This document shows, piece after piece, positions 29,251 through 39,080 of a DNA stretch of 64,000 nt (positions within the stretch are counted from its first letter, which is position 1; every line of letters begins with the position of its first letter). The stretch lies in contig CAWBLX010000002.1 in the NCBI GenBank assembly GCA_963789775.1, positions 143,663-207,662 on the forward strand, written 5' to 3'. Both the position numbers and the translations under genes were made by a program. The notes below the pieces were generated by a model that was not told where the DNA came from, ran no database searches, and saw only the letters and a program-made list of their open reading frames with translations. This DNA is from an uncultured Pseudomonadota bacterium (GTDB lineage Bacteria > Pseudomonadota > Alphaproteobacteria > Rhizobiales > Hyphomicrobiaceae).

Positions 29251-30996
29251 ATGAGCAAGAAGGACATCCGCGTCCCGGATCTCGGCGACTTCAAAGACGT
29301 TCCGGTCATCGAGGTGCACGTGACGCCCGGCGCGACCGTTGCGCCTGAAGACACGCTGATCACGCTCGAGAGCGACAAGGCGTCGTTCGACGTTCCGGCG
29401 CCGGAAGGCGGCAGAATTGTCGATCTCCGGGTCAAGGTTGGGGACAAGGTGAGCGAAGGCAGTGTGATTCTGACGCTTGAGTTTAGTGAAGGCTCTGCTT
29501 CGACCGAGACGCCTTCGCCGAAGCAAGACGTGCTTTCGGTCCCTGTCGCCGCCGCGGCGGAATTTTTAGGTCAGGCCGATCGTTCGTGTGAGGTTTTGGT
29601 GCTGGGTGCCGGACCTGGCGGATATTCAGCGGCGTTTCGCGCGGCGGATCTCGGTGCGAAGACGATCCTCGTCGATCGCTGGCCGGCTCTTGGCGGCGTC
29701 TGCCTGAATGTCGGCTGCATCCCGTCGAAGGCTCTGCTACATACCGCATTCATCGTCGATGCGGCTGCGGCGATGAGTAAGCATGGCGTGACGTTTGCCG
29801 CGCCAAAGATCGATTTGAAGACGCTCGCGGCTTATAAGGATGGCGTCGTCGGCAAGCTGACGGGCGGTCTCGCGTCGATGGCCAAAGCGCGCAAGGTCAC
29901 GACGTTGTGCGGCACAGGCACGTTCGTCGGTGCGCATCATTTGAAGGTTTCTTTCGACGACGGCCACGAAGAGACGGTGCGCTTTGAGAAAGCGATCATC
30001 GCTGCGGGCTCGGAGGCGGTGGCGCTGTCGTTCATGCCGTCCGATCCGCGCATCGTCAATTCAACGGGCGCGCTCGAGCTTCGGCAGGTGCCGGACAGGA
30101 TGCTCGTCATCGGCGGGGGCATTATCGGTCTCGAGATGGCGACGGTCTATTCGACGCTCGGCGCCCGTCTCGATGTCGTCGAATTGCTCGACGGACTGAT
30201 GGCGGGGGCGGACCGCGATCTGGTCAACGTCTGGCAGAAGGTCAATGCCCGACGGTTCGACAAGGTCATGCTGAAGACTAAGGTCGTTGCGGCAGAAGCC
30301 AAGCCCGACGGTATCTATGTTTCGTTCGAAGGCGACAACGCGCCGTCCGAGCCTCAACGCTATGGTCTGGTGCTCGTCGCAGTGGGGCGCAAGCCGAACG
30401 GCAAGGCCATCGCTGCGGAGAGCGCGGGCGTCGCCGTGTCCGAGCGCGCTTTTATCCCGGTCGATAAGGATATGCGTACGAATGTACCACATATCTTCGC
30501 AATCGGTGACATCGCGGATGAACCCATGCTCGCGCACAAGGCCGTGCATCAGGGGCACGTGGCGGCCGAGAACGCTACGGCGAAGAAAAGCGTCTTCGAC
30601 GCGCGGCAAATTCCGTCGGTTGCTTATACTGACCCCGAGATCGCGTGGGCAGGGCTGACCGAAACAGAGGCGAAAGCGCGTGGCGTCGCTTACAAGAAGG
30701 CGGTGTTCCCGTGGGCTGCGTCGGGCCGCGCCATCGCCAACGGCCGCGACGAGGGGTTCACGAAACTCCTGTTCGACGAAGCGACCGAACGGATTATCGG
30801 CGGCGCCATTGTCGGGACGGAAGCCGGCAATCTGATTTCCGAGATTTGTCTCGCTATCGAGATGGGGGCCGACGCCGTCGATATCGGCAAGACGATCCAT
30901 CCGCATCCGACGCTATCGGAGTCGGTCGGGATGGCCGCCGAGGTTGCCGAAGGCGTTTGCACCGATTTGATGCCGCCGAAACCGCCCCGTTCTTGA
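29251..30996 (+). CDS. lpdA: Dihydrolipoyl dehydrogenase (E3) with N-terminal lipoyl domain
   Basis: 581 aa. Residues 1 to about 80 form a lipoyl domain (LESDKASFDVPAP). This is followed by a linker, the FAD site GAGPGGYSAAF, the redox disulfide GGVCLNVGCIPSK and a C-terminal HAHPT-like motif (IHPHPTLSE). Confidence 0.9.
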   Translation: MSKKDIRVPDLGDFKDVPVIEVHVTPGATVAPEDTLITLESDKASFDVPAPEGGRIVDLRVKVGDKVSEGSVILTLEFSEGSASTETPSPKQDVLSVPVAAAAEFLGQADRSCEVLVLGAGPGGYSAAFRAADLGAKTILVDRWPALGGVCLNVGCIPSKALLHTAFIVDAAAAMSKHGVTFAAPKIDLKTLAAYKDGVVGKLTGGLASMAKARKVTTLCGTGTFVGAHHLKVSFDDGHEETVRFEKAIIAAGSEAVALSFMPSDPRIVNSTGALELRQVPDRMLVIGGGIIGLEMATVYSTLGARLDVVELLDGLMAGADRDLVNVWQKVNARRFDKVMLKTKVVAAEAKPDGIYVSFEGDNAPSEPQRYGLVLVAVGRKPNGKAIAAESAGVAVSERAFIPVDKDMRTNVPHIFAIGDIADEPMLAHKAVHQGHVAAENATAKKSVFDARQIPSVAYTDPEIAWAGLTETEAKARGVAYKKAVFPWAASGRAIANGRDEGFTKLLFDEATERIIGGAIVGTEAGNLISEICLAIEMGADAVDIGKTIHPHPTLSESVGMAAEVAEGVCTDLMPPKPPRS

Positions 30997-30999
30997 GTT

Positions 31000-31902
31000 T
31001 CACGGGAGTTGGGGCAGGCTTTCGCGCTGTTCACGGCCGACAGCACATTCCTCCCGGCACTTTTCAAGGCGCGTCGAGACGGCATTCACCAGCCTTTCTT
31101 TGAAGGCCGTAATATCGAGAGGGCGAGGAGACCAATCGACCTTTTGACTGGCGCCTATGGTGCGCCCTATCAACCCTCTGCGATGCAGGCGCTCGTCATA
31201 GATCGTGCCGCCAACCTCGCGCACGATGGCTGTTCGCTCGTCGGCGGGATCGCCAAAAAACACGACGGGAATGCCCATCGCTATGCACGGCAGCGCTGCG
31301 TGGAGACGCTTGGTAATTACGAGGCTTGCGGTATCGCGGTAATATTCGAGAAGCGATCGTGCGAACGAAATCGTGGCTTCCTGGTTTAACGGCGGCACGA
31401 GGTGATGGATTCTGACCGAGTTTTTTCGCAGGGGACTCGGGATTTGGATGTTGTCGGCATCGACGATCAGCACTTTGCCGTTCGCGGGTTCTTTCGCGCG
31501 CTCGGGCAGTGTCAGCGTCAAGCAGAATGTTGTTTCAGTCTTTATCCCGAGAGATTCTAGAAACGCACCGGTCGCGCGGTCGCGAACCCCAATGGGTTCG
31601 AACCTCTTCAGATAATCGGCATGTCGTTTCACGGTTGGCTTGAAATTGTCGGTGACGTGGAAGCCGACAAAGATGGGGTTGATGGAGGGGGATGGTGGCC
31701 AAGCCGTCGGGTTGCTCGAAAACCACCCGTTCATGATCATCGTGACCGGCTTGGTCTCGGGCCATTCGTTTATGGCTTCCCGGTCGATGAAACGAGAGGG
31801 CTCTCGCGGAAGGTGCTGGACGGCGGCAAGCGATTGAAATTCATCACCAATATTGCCGCGCAGGCAGACAAGCTGAGCGTACTCGGCGTCCTTATCCCCC
31901 AT
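31000..31902 (-). CDS. Polysaccharide pyruvyl transferase family protein (tentative)
   Basis: 300 aa. N-terminal GNIGDEFQSLAA and C-terminal TKRLHAALPCIAMGIPVVFF resemble the PS_pyruv_trans (CsaB/WcaK-like) pattern. The stop is 3 nt from the lpdA stop (convergent). Confidence 0.55.
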   Translation of the reverse strand: MGDKDAEYAQLVCLRGNIGDEFQSLAAVQHLPREPSRFIDREAINEWPETKPVTMIMNGWFSSNPTAWPPSPSINPIFVGFHVTDNFKPTVKRHADYLKRFEPIGVRDRATGAFLESLGIKTETTFCLTLTLPERAKEPANGKVLIVDADNIQIPSPLRKNSVRIHHLVPPLNQEATISFARSLLEYYRDTASLVITKRLHAALPCIAMGIPVVFFGDPADERTAIVREVGGTIYDERLHRRGLIGRTIGASQKVDWSPRPLDITAFKERLVNAVSTRLEKCREECAVGREQRESLPQLP

Positions 31903-32239
31903 TATCTTCCCCGATTTGTTCCGGCATCGGAATTAGAAATAAAGTCGTCAGCATAGTTGGACAGTACTTGCCGGTCTAATCCTACTTCGCTATATGCAAG
32001 CCATTCGACGTCGCCGTCGGATTGACCATGAGGAAGGTCAACCGGTTGGGCGCTCCATAGGGGCCCCGAATTCTTACCGGTAGGGCTGCGGCCCATCGCG
32101 GCGACATCAATTCCAGAGACATCAGCGCCAATAGACCGGGCATCGCGTTCGCGCGGGTCGGTCAAATGGCGTTTACGCCATCAAATCAAACACGCCCGGC
32201 CACCGCGCTGGGCTTACCGCCATTAGCATAGGAGACCGA

Positions 32240-33961
32240 ATGTCAGCCGAAGTCGCAACCAAAGAGTACAACCCCTCGCGTGAGGATTTTGCCGCCCTCC
32301 TCGCTGAAAGCCTTGCCAAGGACGACCTGTTCGAAGGGTCCGTCGTCAAGGGCAAGATCGTCGGCATCGAAAAAGACATGGCAATCATCGACGTCGGCCT
32401 GAAGATGGAAGGCCGCGTTGCGATGAAAGAGTTCGGCGTCGGCGGCAAGTCGGGCGACCTCAAAGTCGGCGATACCGTCGAAGTCTACCTGGAGCGCGTC
32501 GAGAATGCGCTCGGTGAAGCTGTGCTCTCGCGTGATAAGGCGCGGCGCGAAGAAAGCTGGACGCGCCTCGAACGGCTTTATGAAAAGGGCGAGAAGGTTA
32601 CGGGCGTCATCTTCAATAAGGTCAAGGGCGGCTTCACGGTCGATCTCGACGGCGCCGTGGCGTTCCTTCCGGGCAGCCAAGTCGATATCCGCCCCGTGCG
32701 CGATATCGGACCTTTGATGCATCAGCAGCAGCCCTTCCAGATCCTGAAGATGGATCGCCGCCGCGGCAACATCGTCGTCTCCCGCCGTTCGGTTCTCGAA
32801 GAGAGCCGTGCGGAGCAGAGGACCGAGATCGTCGCACGTCTAGCCGAGGGGCAGATCATCGACGGTCTGGTCAAGAACATCACCGATTACGGCGCGTTCA
32901 TCGACCTCGGTGGAATCGACGGCCTGCTTCACGTCACGGACATGGCGTGGCGCCGCGTCAACCATCCGTCCGAGATCCTCAACGTCGGCGATACGGTGAA
33001 GGTGCAGATCATCCGCATCAATCCGGAAACGCAGCGTATCTCGCTCGGCATGAAGCAGCTTCAGTCCGATCCGTGGTCGTCCATCGAAGCCAAGTATCCG
33101 ATCGGCGCCAAGGTCAAAGGCACCGTGACGAACATTGCCGATTACGGCGCGTTCGTTGAGCTGGAGCCGGGCGTCGAAGGCCTGATCCACGTCTCGGAAA
33201 TGAGCTGGACCAAGAAGAATACGCACCCCGGCAAGATCGTCTCGACGAGCCAGCAGGTCGAAGTTCAGGTTCTCGAGGTTGATCCGCAGAAGCGGCGCAT
33301 CTCGCTCGGCCTGAAGCAGACGCAGGAAAATCCGTGGGATGCCTTCCTCACGCAGCACCCGAAGGGCTCTGTCGTCGAAGGTCCGATCCGTAACATCACC
33401 GAATTCGGTCTGTTCATCGGTCTCGACAACGGCATCGACGGCATGGTGCACTTGTCCGACCTCGACTGGCAGAAGCCGGGCGACGAGGTCATCAAGGACT
33501 ACAAGAAGGGCGACGACGTCAAAGCCGTTGTCCTCGACGTCGACGGCTCGAAGGAGCGCATTTCCCTCGGTATCAAGCAGCTCGCCGGCGATCCGGCCGA
33601 CGCGATGGCGAAGTACAAGAAGGGCGATGCGGTGACCGGTACGGTTACGTCGGTCAGTGAGGCCGGCATCGAGGTCAAGATCGCGGACAGCGAACTCACC
33701 TCGTTCATCAAGCGCGCCGATCTCTCGCGTGACCGGTCCGAGCAGCGCCCCGAGCGCTTCAACGTCGGTGACAAGGTCGATGGTGCGGTTCTTTCCGTCG
33801 ACAAAGCGGCGCGCCGCATTGCGGTTTCTATCAAGGCACTGGAACTCGCGGAAGAGAAGCAGGCCGTCGCCCAGTACGGCTCGACCGACTCGGGCGCGTC
33901 GCTCGGCGACATCTTCAAGGCCGCTATCAAGAAGCGTGAAGGCGCCGAGGAAAACGAATAA
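32240..33961 (+). CDS. rpsA: 30S ribosomal protein S1
   Basis: 573 aa with six S1 repeats (e.g. GAFIDLGGIDGLLHVTDM, GAFVELEPGVEGLIHVSEM). GGAGA RBS upstream. Confidence 0.95.
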   Translation: MSAEVATKEYNPSREDFAALLAESLAKDDLFEGSVVKGKIVGIEKDMAIIDVGLKMEGRVAMKEFGVGGKSGDLKVGDTVEVYLERVENALGEAVLSRDKARREESWTRLERLYEKGEKVTGVIFNKVKGGFTVDLDGAVAFLPGSQVDIRPVRDIGPLMHQQQPFQILKMDRRRGNIVVSRRSVLEESRAEQRTEIVARLAEGQIIDGLVKNITDYGAFIDLGGIDGLLHVTDMAWRRVNHPSEILNVGDTVKVQIIRINPETQRISLGMKQLQSDPWSSIEAKYPIGAKVKGTVTNIADYGAFVELEPGVEGLIHVSEMSWTKKNTHPGKIVSTSQQVEVQVLEVDPQKRRISLGLKQTQENPWDAFLTQHPKGSVVEGPIRNITEFGLFIGLDNGIDGMVHLSDLDWQKPGDEVIKDYKKGDDVKAVVLDVDGSKERISLGIKQLAGDPADAMAKYKKGDAVTGTVTSVSEAGIEVKIADSELTSFIKRADLSRDRSEQRPERFNVGDKVDGAVLSVDKAARRIAVSIKALELAEEKQAVAQYGSTDSGASLGDIFKAAIKKREGAEENE

Positions 33962-33993
33962 AGATCGGCCGATTATTACAGGAAGTCTGATGA

Positions 33994-34029
33994 GCGCGTG
34001 GCAATCCTTGCCGCGCGCTTAACTTTTGT
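33994..34029 (+). terminator. Candidate terminator after rpsA
   Basis: GCGCGTGGCAA-TCC-TTGCCGCGCGC (11-bp stem with one G:U) followed by TTAACTTTTGT. The U-tract is weak. Confidence 0.4.
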
Positions 34030-34151
34030 ACGAGACGCCGCAGCGTGCCCGGTTGCCCGCAGGGCAAACCTTGCCTACGGTCGCGCCGAGAACGCACTGC
34101 GCTGGTGACCCCCCGGTTTTCCAGCAGCGTGCCGAGGGAGTCGCTTAATCC

Positions 34152-35117
34152 ATGCTTGAAACGGAAACAGTGCTCGATCGCCGCCGGCTTCGCCGTTCGG
34201 TTTCCATCTGGCGCGGCGCAGGGCTTGCGGCAATTGCCATCGCCATCGGCGCGCTGGTGCTCGGCACCAACAAGCTCGCTTCCTTGGCGGGGGAGAAGCA
34301 AATCGCCCGTGTGACGATCCAGGGCGTGATCACCGAGGACCGGGATCAACTCAAATTGCTGAAAGACCTTGCCGACGACGACAGCGTTTCGGGCGTTCTC
34401 CTCTTCATCAACAGTCCGGGTGGCACGACGACGGGGGGAGAAGCTCTTTACGAGGGCATACGGGCGCTCACCAAAAAGAAGCCGGTGGTCGCCGAATTCG
34501 GCACGATCGCGGCGTCGGCGGCCTATATCGCCGGCATCGCAACCGATCACATCGTGTCACGCGGAAATTCCATCACGGCCTCCGTTGGTGTCCTCATCCA
34601 GTGGCCGGAATTCGTGCAGCTGCTCGATAAGATCGGCGTTAAAGTCAATGAAGTGAAAAGCGGACCTCTGAAGGCGTCGCCGTCGCCGTTCGAGACCCTC
34701 GACGATGCCAGCAAGAAGGTTGCCGAGGATATGGTTGCCGACGGGTTCAAGTGGTTCGTGGGGCTTGTGGAAACCCGCCGGGGCGTAAAGGCCGCCAATA
34801 TCCCGGGTCTGCTGGAAGGTCGGATTTTCTCGGGCCGCGAGGCCCTTCAGTACAAATTGGTCGATGAAATCGGCGGCGAGGACGAGGCCGTCAAGTGGCT
34901 CAAAGACGCCAAAGGCGTGCCGCAGGACGCAAAAGTTGTCGACCGGAAGCCCGGAAACGAAGGGGGCTACGGCATTTTCAGCATGTCGGCCAGCCTGGCG
35001 GGGTGGTTGTTCGGGCCTTCGGCGTCGGAAGCCGCAAATTTTCTGCTTCGTGATCGGACGATTTCAACTCTCGGGCTTGACGGTCTCCTCTCAGTTTGGC
35101 ACCCTTCTGAAAAATAA
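34152..35117 (+). CDS. sppA: Signal peptide peptidase SppA, 36K type
   Basis: 321 aa with an N-terminal TM segment, [10 protein letters not shown], and a catalytic-region-like stretch AASAAYIAG ... GSIGV-like (ITASVGVL). Confidence 0.85.
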   Translation: MLETETVLDRRRLRRSVSIWRGAGLAAIAIAIGALVLGTNKLASLAGEKQIARVTIQGVITEDRDQLKLLKDLADDDSVSGVLLFINSPGGTTTGGEALYEGIRALTKKKPVVAEFGTIAASAAYIAGIATDHIVSRGNSITASVGVLIQWPEFVQLLDKIGVKVNEVKSGPLKASPSPFETLDDASKKVAEDMVADGFKWFVGLVETRRGVKAANIPGLLEGRIFSGREALQYKLVDEIGGEDEAVKWLKDAKGVPQDAKVVDRKPGNEGGYGIFSMSASLAGWLFGPSASEAANFLLRDRTISTLGLDGLLSVWHPSEK

Positions 35118-35149
35118 AGAGAATTGGTCGCCGTGCTGGGGAGCGAAAC

Positions 35150-35446
35150 GTGATCAAATCGGAGCTAGTGCAGAGGATCGCTACTGCCAATCCTCATCTT
35201 TACCATCGAGACGTCGAACGCATCGTCAATGTCATTTTCGACGAGATTGTCGATGCATTATCCCGCGGCGATCGTGTCGAGCTTCGCGGGTTCGGTGCAT
35301 TCACGGTGAAACATCGGGCGTCGCGGCAGGGAAGAAATCCCCGTACGGGAACGACCGTCGCGGTTGCCGAGAAGTTCGTGCCGTTCTTCAAGACCGGCAA
35401 AGAACTTCGCGACCGGCTGAACAAGCTCAACGGCAGCCAGCACTAA
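35150..35446 (+). CDS. ihfB: Integration host factor subunit beta
   Basis: GTG start with GGGGAG upstream. 98 aa with the HU/IHF fold signature [25 protein letters not shown]. Confidence 0.9.
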   Translation: MIKSELVQRIATANPHLYHRDVERIVNVIFDEIVDALSRGDRVELRGFGAFTVKHRASRQGRNPRTGTTVAVAEKFVPFFKTGKELRDRLNKLNGSQH

Positions 35447-35484
35447 TCGAACGGCCGTCGATCGAGAGCTGAGTGAGGTAGATT

Positions 35485-35841
35485 ATGTTCAGGCGCGTTC
35501 TATCGCTCGTCATCGGCTTTCCGATCGGGATCATCCTTGTCGCGATTGCAGTGTCGAATCGCCAGCCAGTGGATCTCATCCTGGATCCGTTCCGGCCAGA
35601 GACGCCTGCCCTTTCGATTGAGTTGCCGTTCTATATCTATCTGATGGCGGCGCTGGTGGTTGGCGTCATCCTCGGCGGGGTCGCCACATGGATGGGTCAG
35701 AGCCGCTGGCGGCAGACGGCGCGCTCGCAAGGCCGGCGGGCCGCGCGCTGGCAAGCGGAAGCGGATCGCTTGGCGGCGGTACGCGAGCGGGAAGCGGCAA
35801 GCGCACCGTCAGGGCACAGTCTGGCAATCACTGGCCACTGA
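35485..35841 (+). CDS. LapA-family (DUF1049) inner-membrane protein
   Basis: 118 aa with two TM helices and a basic C-terminal tail. It sits in the conserved position after ihfB. Confidence 0.7.
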   Translation: MFRRVLSLVIGFPIGIILVAIAVSNRQPVDLILDPFRPETPALSIELPFYIYLMAALVVGVILGGVATWMGQSRWRQTARSQGRRAARWQAEADRLAAVREREAASAPSGHSLAITGH

Positions 35842-35860
35842 TGGCCATACGAGATCTTCG

Positions 35861-36100
35861 ATGACTTTCGATACGCTGACGCTTTTTGGCTTGGTGGCCG
35901 TCAGCCTGATGCTTTTGTTCTATACGTTCGAGGACAAAAGCCCTTGGTGTGTTCTGGGATTTGCGGCCGCGTGTGCGATGGGCTCTGTCTACGGATTTCT
36001 CCAGGGTGCCTGGCCGTTTGGATTGGTCGAGGGTGTGTGGACGTTCATTGCCTTGAAACGCTGGCAAAAGCGCCGCCTCACTGGTAATCCCGCCGTATAA
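35861..36100 (+). CDS. Small membrane protein, unknown function
   Basis: 79 aa from the internal ATG of ORF 35660..36100 (MTFDTLTLFGLVAVSLMLLFYTFEDKSPW...). Three hydrophobic helices. No motif recognised. Confidence 0.5.
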   Translation: MTFDTLTLFGLVAVSLMLLFYTFEDKSPWCVLGFAAACAMGSVYGFLQGAWPFGLVEGVWTFIALKRWQKRRLTGNPAV

Positions 36101-36114
36101 CCTTATGAAGCTCA

Positions 36115-36765
36115 ATGAGCGTAAACACAAAAATATGCGGGATCACGACGGCTGAAGCGTTGGACGCTGCCATTGCCGGTGGTGCCGACTACATCGGCCT
36201 TGTCTTCTTCGCGAAGAGCCCGCGTCATCTGGATGTCGGACGCGCCAAGACGCTTGCGGAGCGTGCGCGCGGCAAGGTGAAGATCGTTGCTTTGACGGTC
36301 AATGCCGATGACGAAATGCTGCAAGAGATTGTCGACGAAGTGGCGCCGGATATTCTGCAGCTTCACGGGGACGAACTTCCCGAGCGGGTCGCCGACGTCA
36401 AGAAGAAATTCGGCCGTATGGTGATCAAAGCCATCGCGGTTGCGACGGCCGACGATGCCGACAAGGCGCGCGATTATACCGGAGTGGCTGACCTCATTCT
36501 TTTCGACGCCAAGGGCGCTCCCGGCGCGGACTTGCCTGGCGGCAACGGGCAAATATTCGACTGGGCCGCGCTCGACGGCGTCTCGAAGGTCATGCCGTTC
36601 ATGCTTTCCGGAGGCTTGGAGCCGGATAACGTTACCGAAGCCATCGCGCGAACGCATCCTGCTGCCGTCGATGTTTCGTCGGGCGTCGAATTGGCGCCTG
36701 GTGTGAAAGACCCCGAGCGGATCCGTCGCTTTCTTCGCGCGGCAAAGACCGCTAAGCAGTCATAA
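36115..36765 (+). CDS. trpF: Phosphoribosylanthranilate isomerase
   Basis: 216 aa (KICGITT ... GADYIGLVFF ... LSGGL). Followed by trpB and trpA. Confidence 0.9.
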   Translation: MSVNTKICGITTAEALDAAIAGGADYIGLVFFAKSPRHLDVGRAKTLAERARGKVKIVALTVNADDEMLQEIVDEVAPDILQLHGDELPERVADVKKKFGRMVIKAIAVATADDADKARDYTGVADLILFDAKGAPGADLPGGNGQIFDWAALDGVSKVMPFMLSGGLEPDNVTEAIARTHPAAVDVSSGVELAPGVKDPERIRRFLRAAKTAKQS

Positions 36766-36825
36766 CGCGTCCCTTTTCCGCTTTGCGCGGCGAGGGCTAG
36801 AACGAGGCCTCCACGGCGACCAAAA

Positions 36826-38067
36826 ATGGCAACCAAATCGAAAAAGTCGGCGGAAGCCGCTCTCAACAGTTTTGCGACCGGCCCTGACGACAGGGGCTTT
36901 TTCGGCATCTTTGGCGGCCGCTTCGTTGCCGAGACGCTGATGCCGCTGATCCTCAATCTCGAGCGCGCTTACGAAGCCGCGAAGGCCGACCCGGAATTCC
37001 AGCGCGAACTCGATCATCTCAATCTTCATTATGCCGGACGGCCGAGCCCGCTTTATCACGCGGAGCGCATGACAGCCGAACTCGGCGGCGCCAAGATCTA
37101 CTTGAAACGCGAAGAACTGAACCACACGGGTTCGCACAAGATCAACAATTGTCTCGGACAGATCCTGCTTGCGCGACGCATGGGCAAGACGCGCATCATC
37201 GCCGAGACCGGCGCCGGTCAGCATGGCGTCGCGGTGGCGACCGTCTGCGCGAAGTACGGAATGCCTTGCGAAGTCTACATGGGCGCGACCGATGTCGAGC
37301 GGCAAGCACCGAACGTTGCGCGCATGACGCTTCTCGGTGCGAAGCTCAATCCCGTTACGTCGGGGGCGGGCACGCTCAAGGATGCGATGAACGAAGCCCT
37401 GCGCGACTGGGTGACGAACGTCGGCGATACCTATTACCTCATCGGTACGGCGGCGGGTCCGCATCCCTATCCGGCGATGGTGCGCGACTTTCAGTCAATC
37501 ATCGGCAAGGAGCTGCGCGCGCAGATGATGGAAGCCGAGGGGCGGCTGCCGGATACGCTCGTTGCCTGCATCGGCGGGGGCTCGAATGCCATCGGCATTT
37601 TTCACCCGTTCCTCGATGATAACGACGTAGCGATGTACGGCATCGAGGCGGGAGGCCATGGGCTCGATGTCGAGAACGGTCATGCCGCTTCGATGACCGG
37701 CGGCTCGCCCGGCGTGCTGCATGGAAACCGCACGTATCTGCTGCAGGACAGCGACGGGCAGATTCTCGAAGGTCACTCGATCTCGGCGGGCCTCGATTAT
37801 CCGGGCGTCGGGCCTGAGCATTCGTGGCTCAAGGATATCGGCCGCGTCAATTATGTGGCCGTGACGGACAAGGAAGCGCTGGAAGCTTTGAAGTTCTGCA
37901 CGCGGCTTGAAGGCATCATTCCGGCGCTCGAACCCAGCCACGCCTTGGCGCATGTGATGAAGCTCGCGCCGACGCTTCCGAAAGACAATCTGCTGGTGGT
38001 CAATCTGTCGGGCCGTGGCGACAAGGATCTGTTCACCGTCGCGAAGCACCTGGGAATGAAGATCTGA
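36826..38067 (+). CDS. trpB: Tryptophan synthase beta chain
   Basis: 413 aa with [11 protein letters not shown] (PLP Lys) and GGGSNAIG. Confidence 0.95.
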   Translation: MATKSKKSAEAALNSFATGPDDRGFFGIFGGRFVAETLMPLILNLERAYEAAKADPEFQRELDHLNLHYAGRPSPLYHAERMTAELGGAKIYLKREELNHTGSHKINNCLGQILLARRMGKTRIIAETGAGQHGVAVATVCAKYGMPCEVYMGATDVERQAPNVARMTLLGAKLNPVTSGAGTLKDAMNEALRDWVTNVGDTYYLIGTAAGPHPYPAMVRDFQSIIGKELRAQMMEAEGRLPDTLVACIGGGSNAIGIFHPFLDDNDVAMYGIEAGGHGLDVENGHAASMTGGSPGVLHGNRTYLLQDSDGQILEGHSISAGLDYPGVGPEHSWLKDIGRVNYVAVTDKEALEALKFCTRLEGIIPALEPSHALAHVMKLAPTLPKDNLLVVNLSGRGDKDLFTVAKHLGMKI

Positions 38068-38069
38068 CG

Positions 38070-38900
38070 ATGACGAAGCACGAGACACGCATCGATGCGC
38101 GCTTCGCGGCGCTCAAAAAGAAGAAACGCCCGGCGCTGATCACGTTCGTGACGGCGGGCGATCCCGATCTCGCGACGAGCAAAGCGATCCTTGAGGATCT
38201 CGCCAAAGCGGGTGCCGACATCATTGAACTCGGGATGCCGTTCTCCGATCCGATGGCCGACGGTCCGGCGATCCAGGCGTCCTCGCAGCGGGCGCTCAAG
38301 GCGGGCCAGACCATGGTCAAGACGCTGCAGATGGTCCGAGATTTTCGCGCCAACGACGATGCGACACCGGTCGTTCTGATGGGATACTACAACCCCATCT
38401 ACGTCTACGGGAACGAGCGGTTTATCAAGGACGCGAAGGCGGCGGGTGTCGACGGGCTGATCGTCGTCGACGTGCCGCCGGAGGCCGACGATGAGCTATG
38501 CCTGCCCGCCCTCAAGGCGGGGCTCAATTTCATCAGGCTGGCGACGCCGACGACGGACAAGGAGCGCCTTCCGACCGTCCTGCAGAATACCTCCGGGTTC
38601 GTTTACTATGTCTCGATCACCGGCATCACCGGCGCTGCGGCACCCATTGTGAACGATGTTCACAATCATGTGAAGCGGATCAAGGCGGAGACGCCGCTGC
38701 CGGTCGTCGTGGGGTTCGGCGTGCGGACGGGCGATCAGGCGCGGGCCCTTTCCAGGGGTGCCGACGGCGTGGTTGTCGGGTCAGCCATTGTTTCCGCGAT
38801 CGAAAAATCATTAGGATCAAAGGGCGAGCCGACCGGGGACACGCGTACGCGCGTCTCTGACTTGGTGCGTGAATTAAGCTCGGCATTAAGCGCCGACTAG
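38070..38900 (+). CDS. trpA: Tryptophan synthase alpha chain
   Basis: 276 aa with [17 protein letters not shown] and [10 protein letters not shown]. Confidence 0.95.
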   Translation: MTKHETRIDARFAALKKKKRPALITFVTAGDPDLATSKAILEDLAKAGADIIELGMPFSDPMADGPAIQASSQRALKAGQTMVKTLQMVRDFRANDDATPVVLMGYYNPIYVYGNERFIKDAKAAGVDGLIVVDVPPEADDELCLPALKAGLNFIRLATPTTDKERLPTVLQNTSGFVYYVSITGITGAAAPIVNDVHNHVKRIKAETPLPVVVGFGVRTGDQARALSRGADGVVVGSAIVSAIEKSLGSKGEPTGDTRTRVSDLVRELSSALSAD

Positions 38901-39080
38901 CGTTTTTGCCAAAGAAGCTCTATTGGATACGGCCTTCTGCACCCCCATTTTCGGGTAGTGTCCTAGCGCCCGTCCGCCATCAGGCGCTAAAAAACGGGCG
39001 GACTGCAAGGGGGTGCCTTTGTGCCCGCATATTAAGGCGGTATGCACACCTTGCCGCGGCTTACGAGGAGCCAACAGGAC

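Noticed and set aside
31902-32165. 87-aa minus-strand ORF upstream of the pyruvyl-transferase-like gene.
   Set aside because: It has a TTG start, no RBS, no hydrophobic or catalytic motif and a low-complexity Gly/Asp/Ser composition. Evidence is insufficient to call a CDS.
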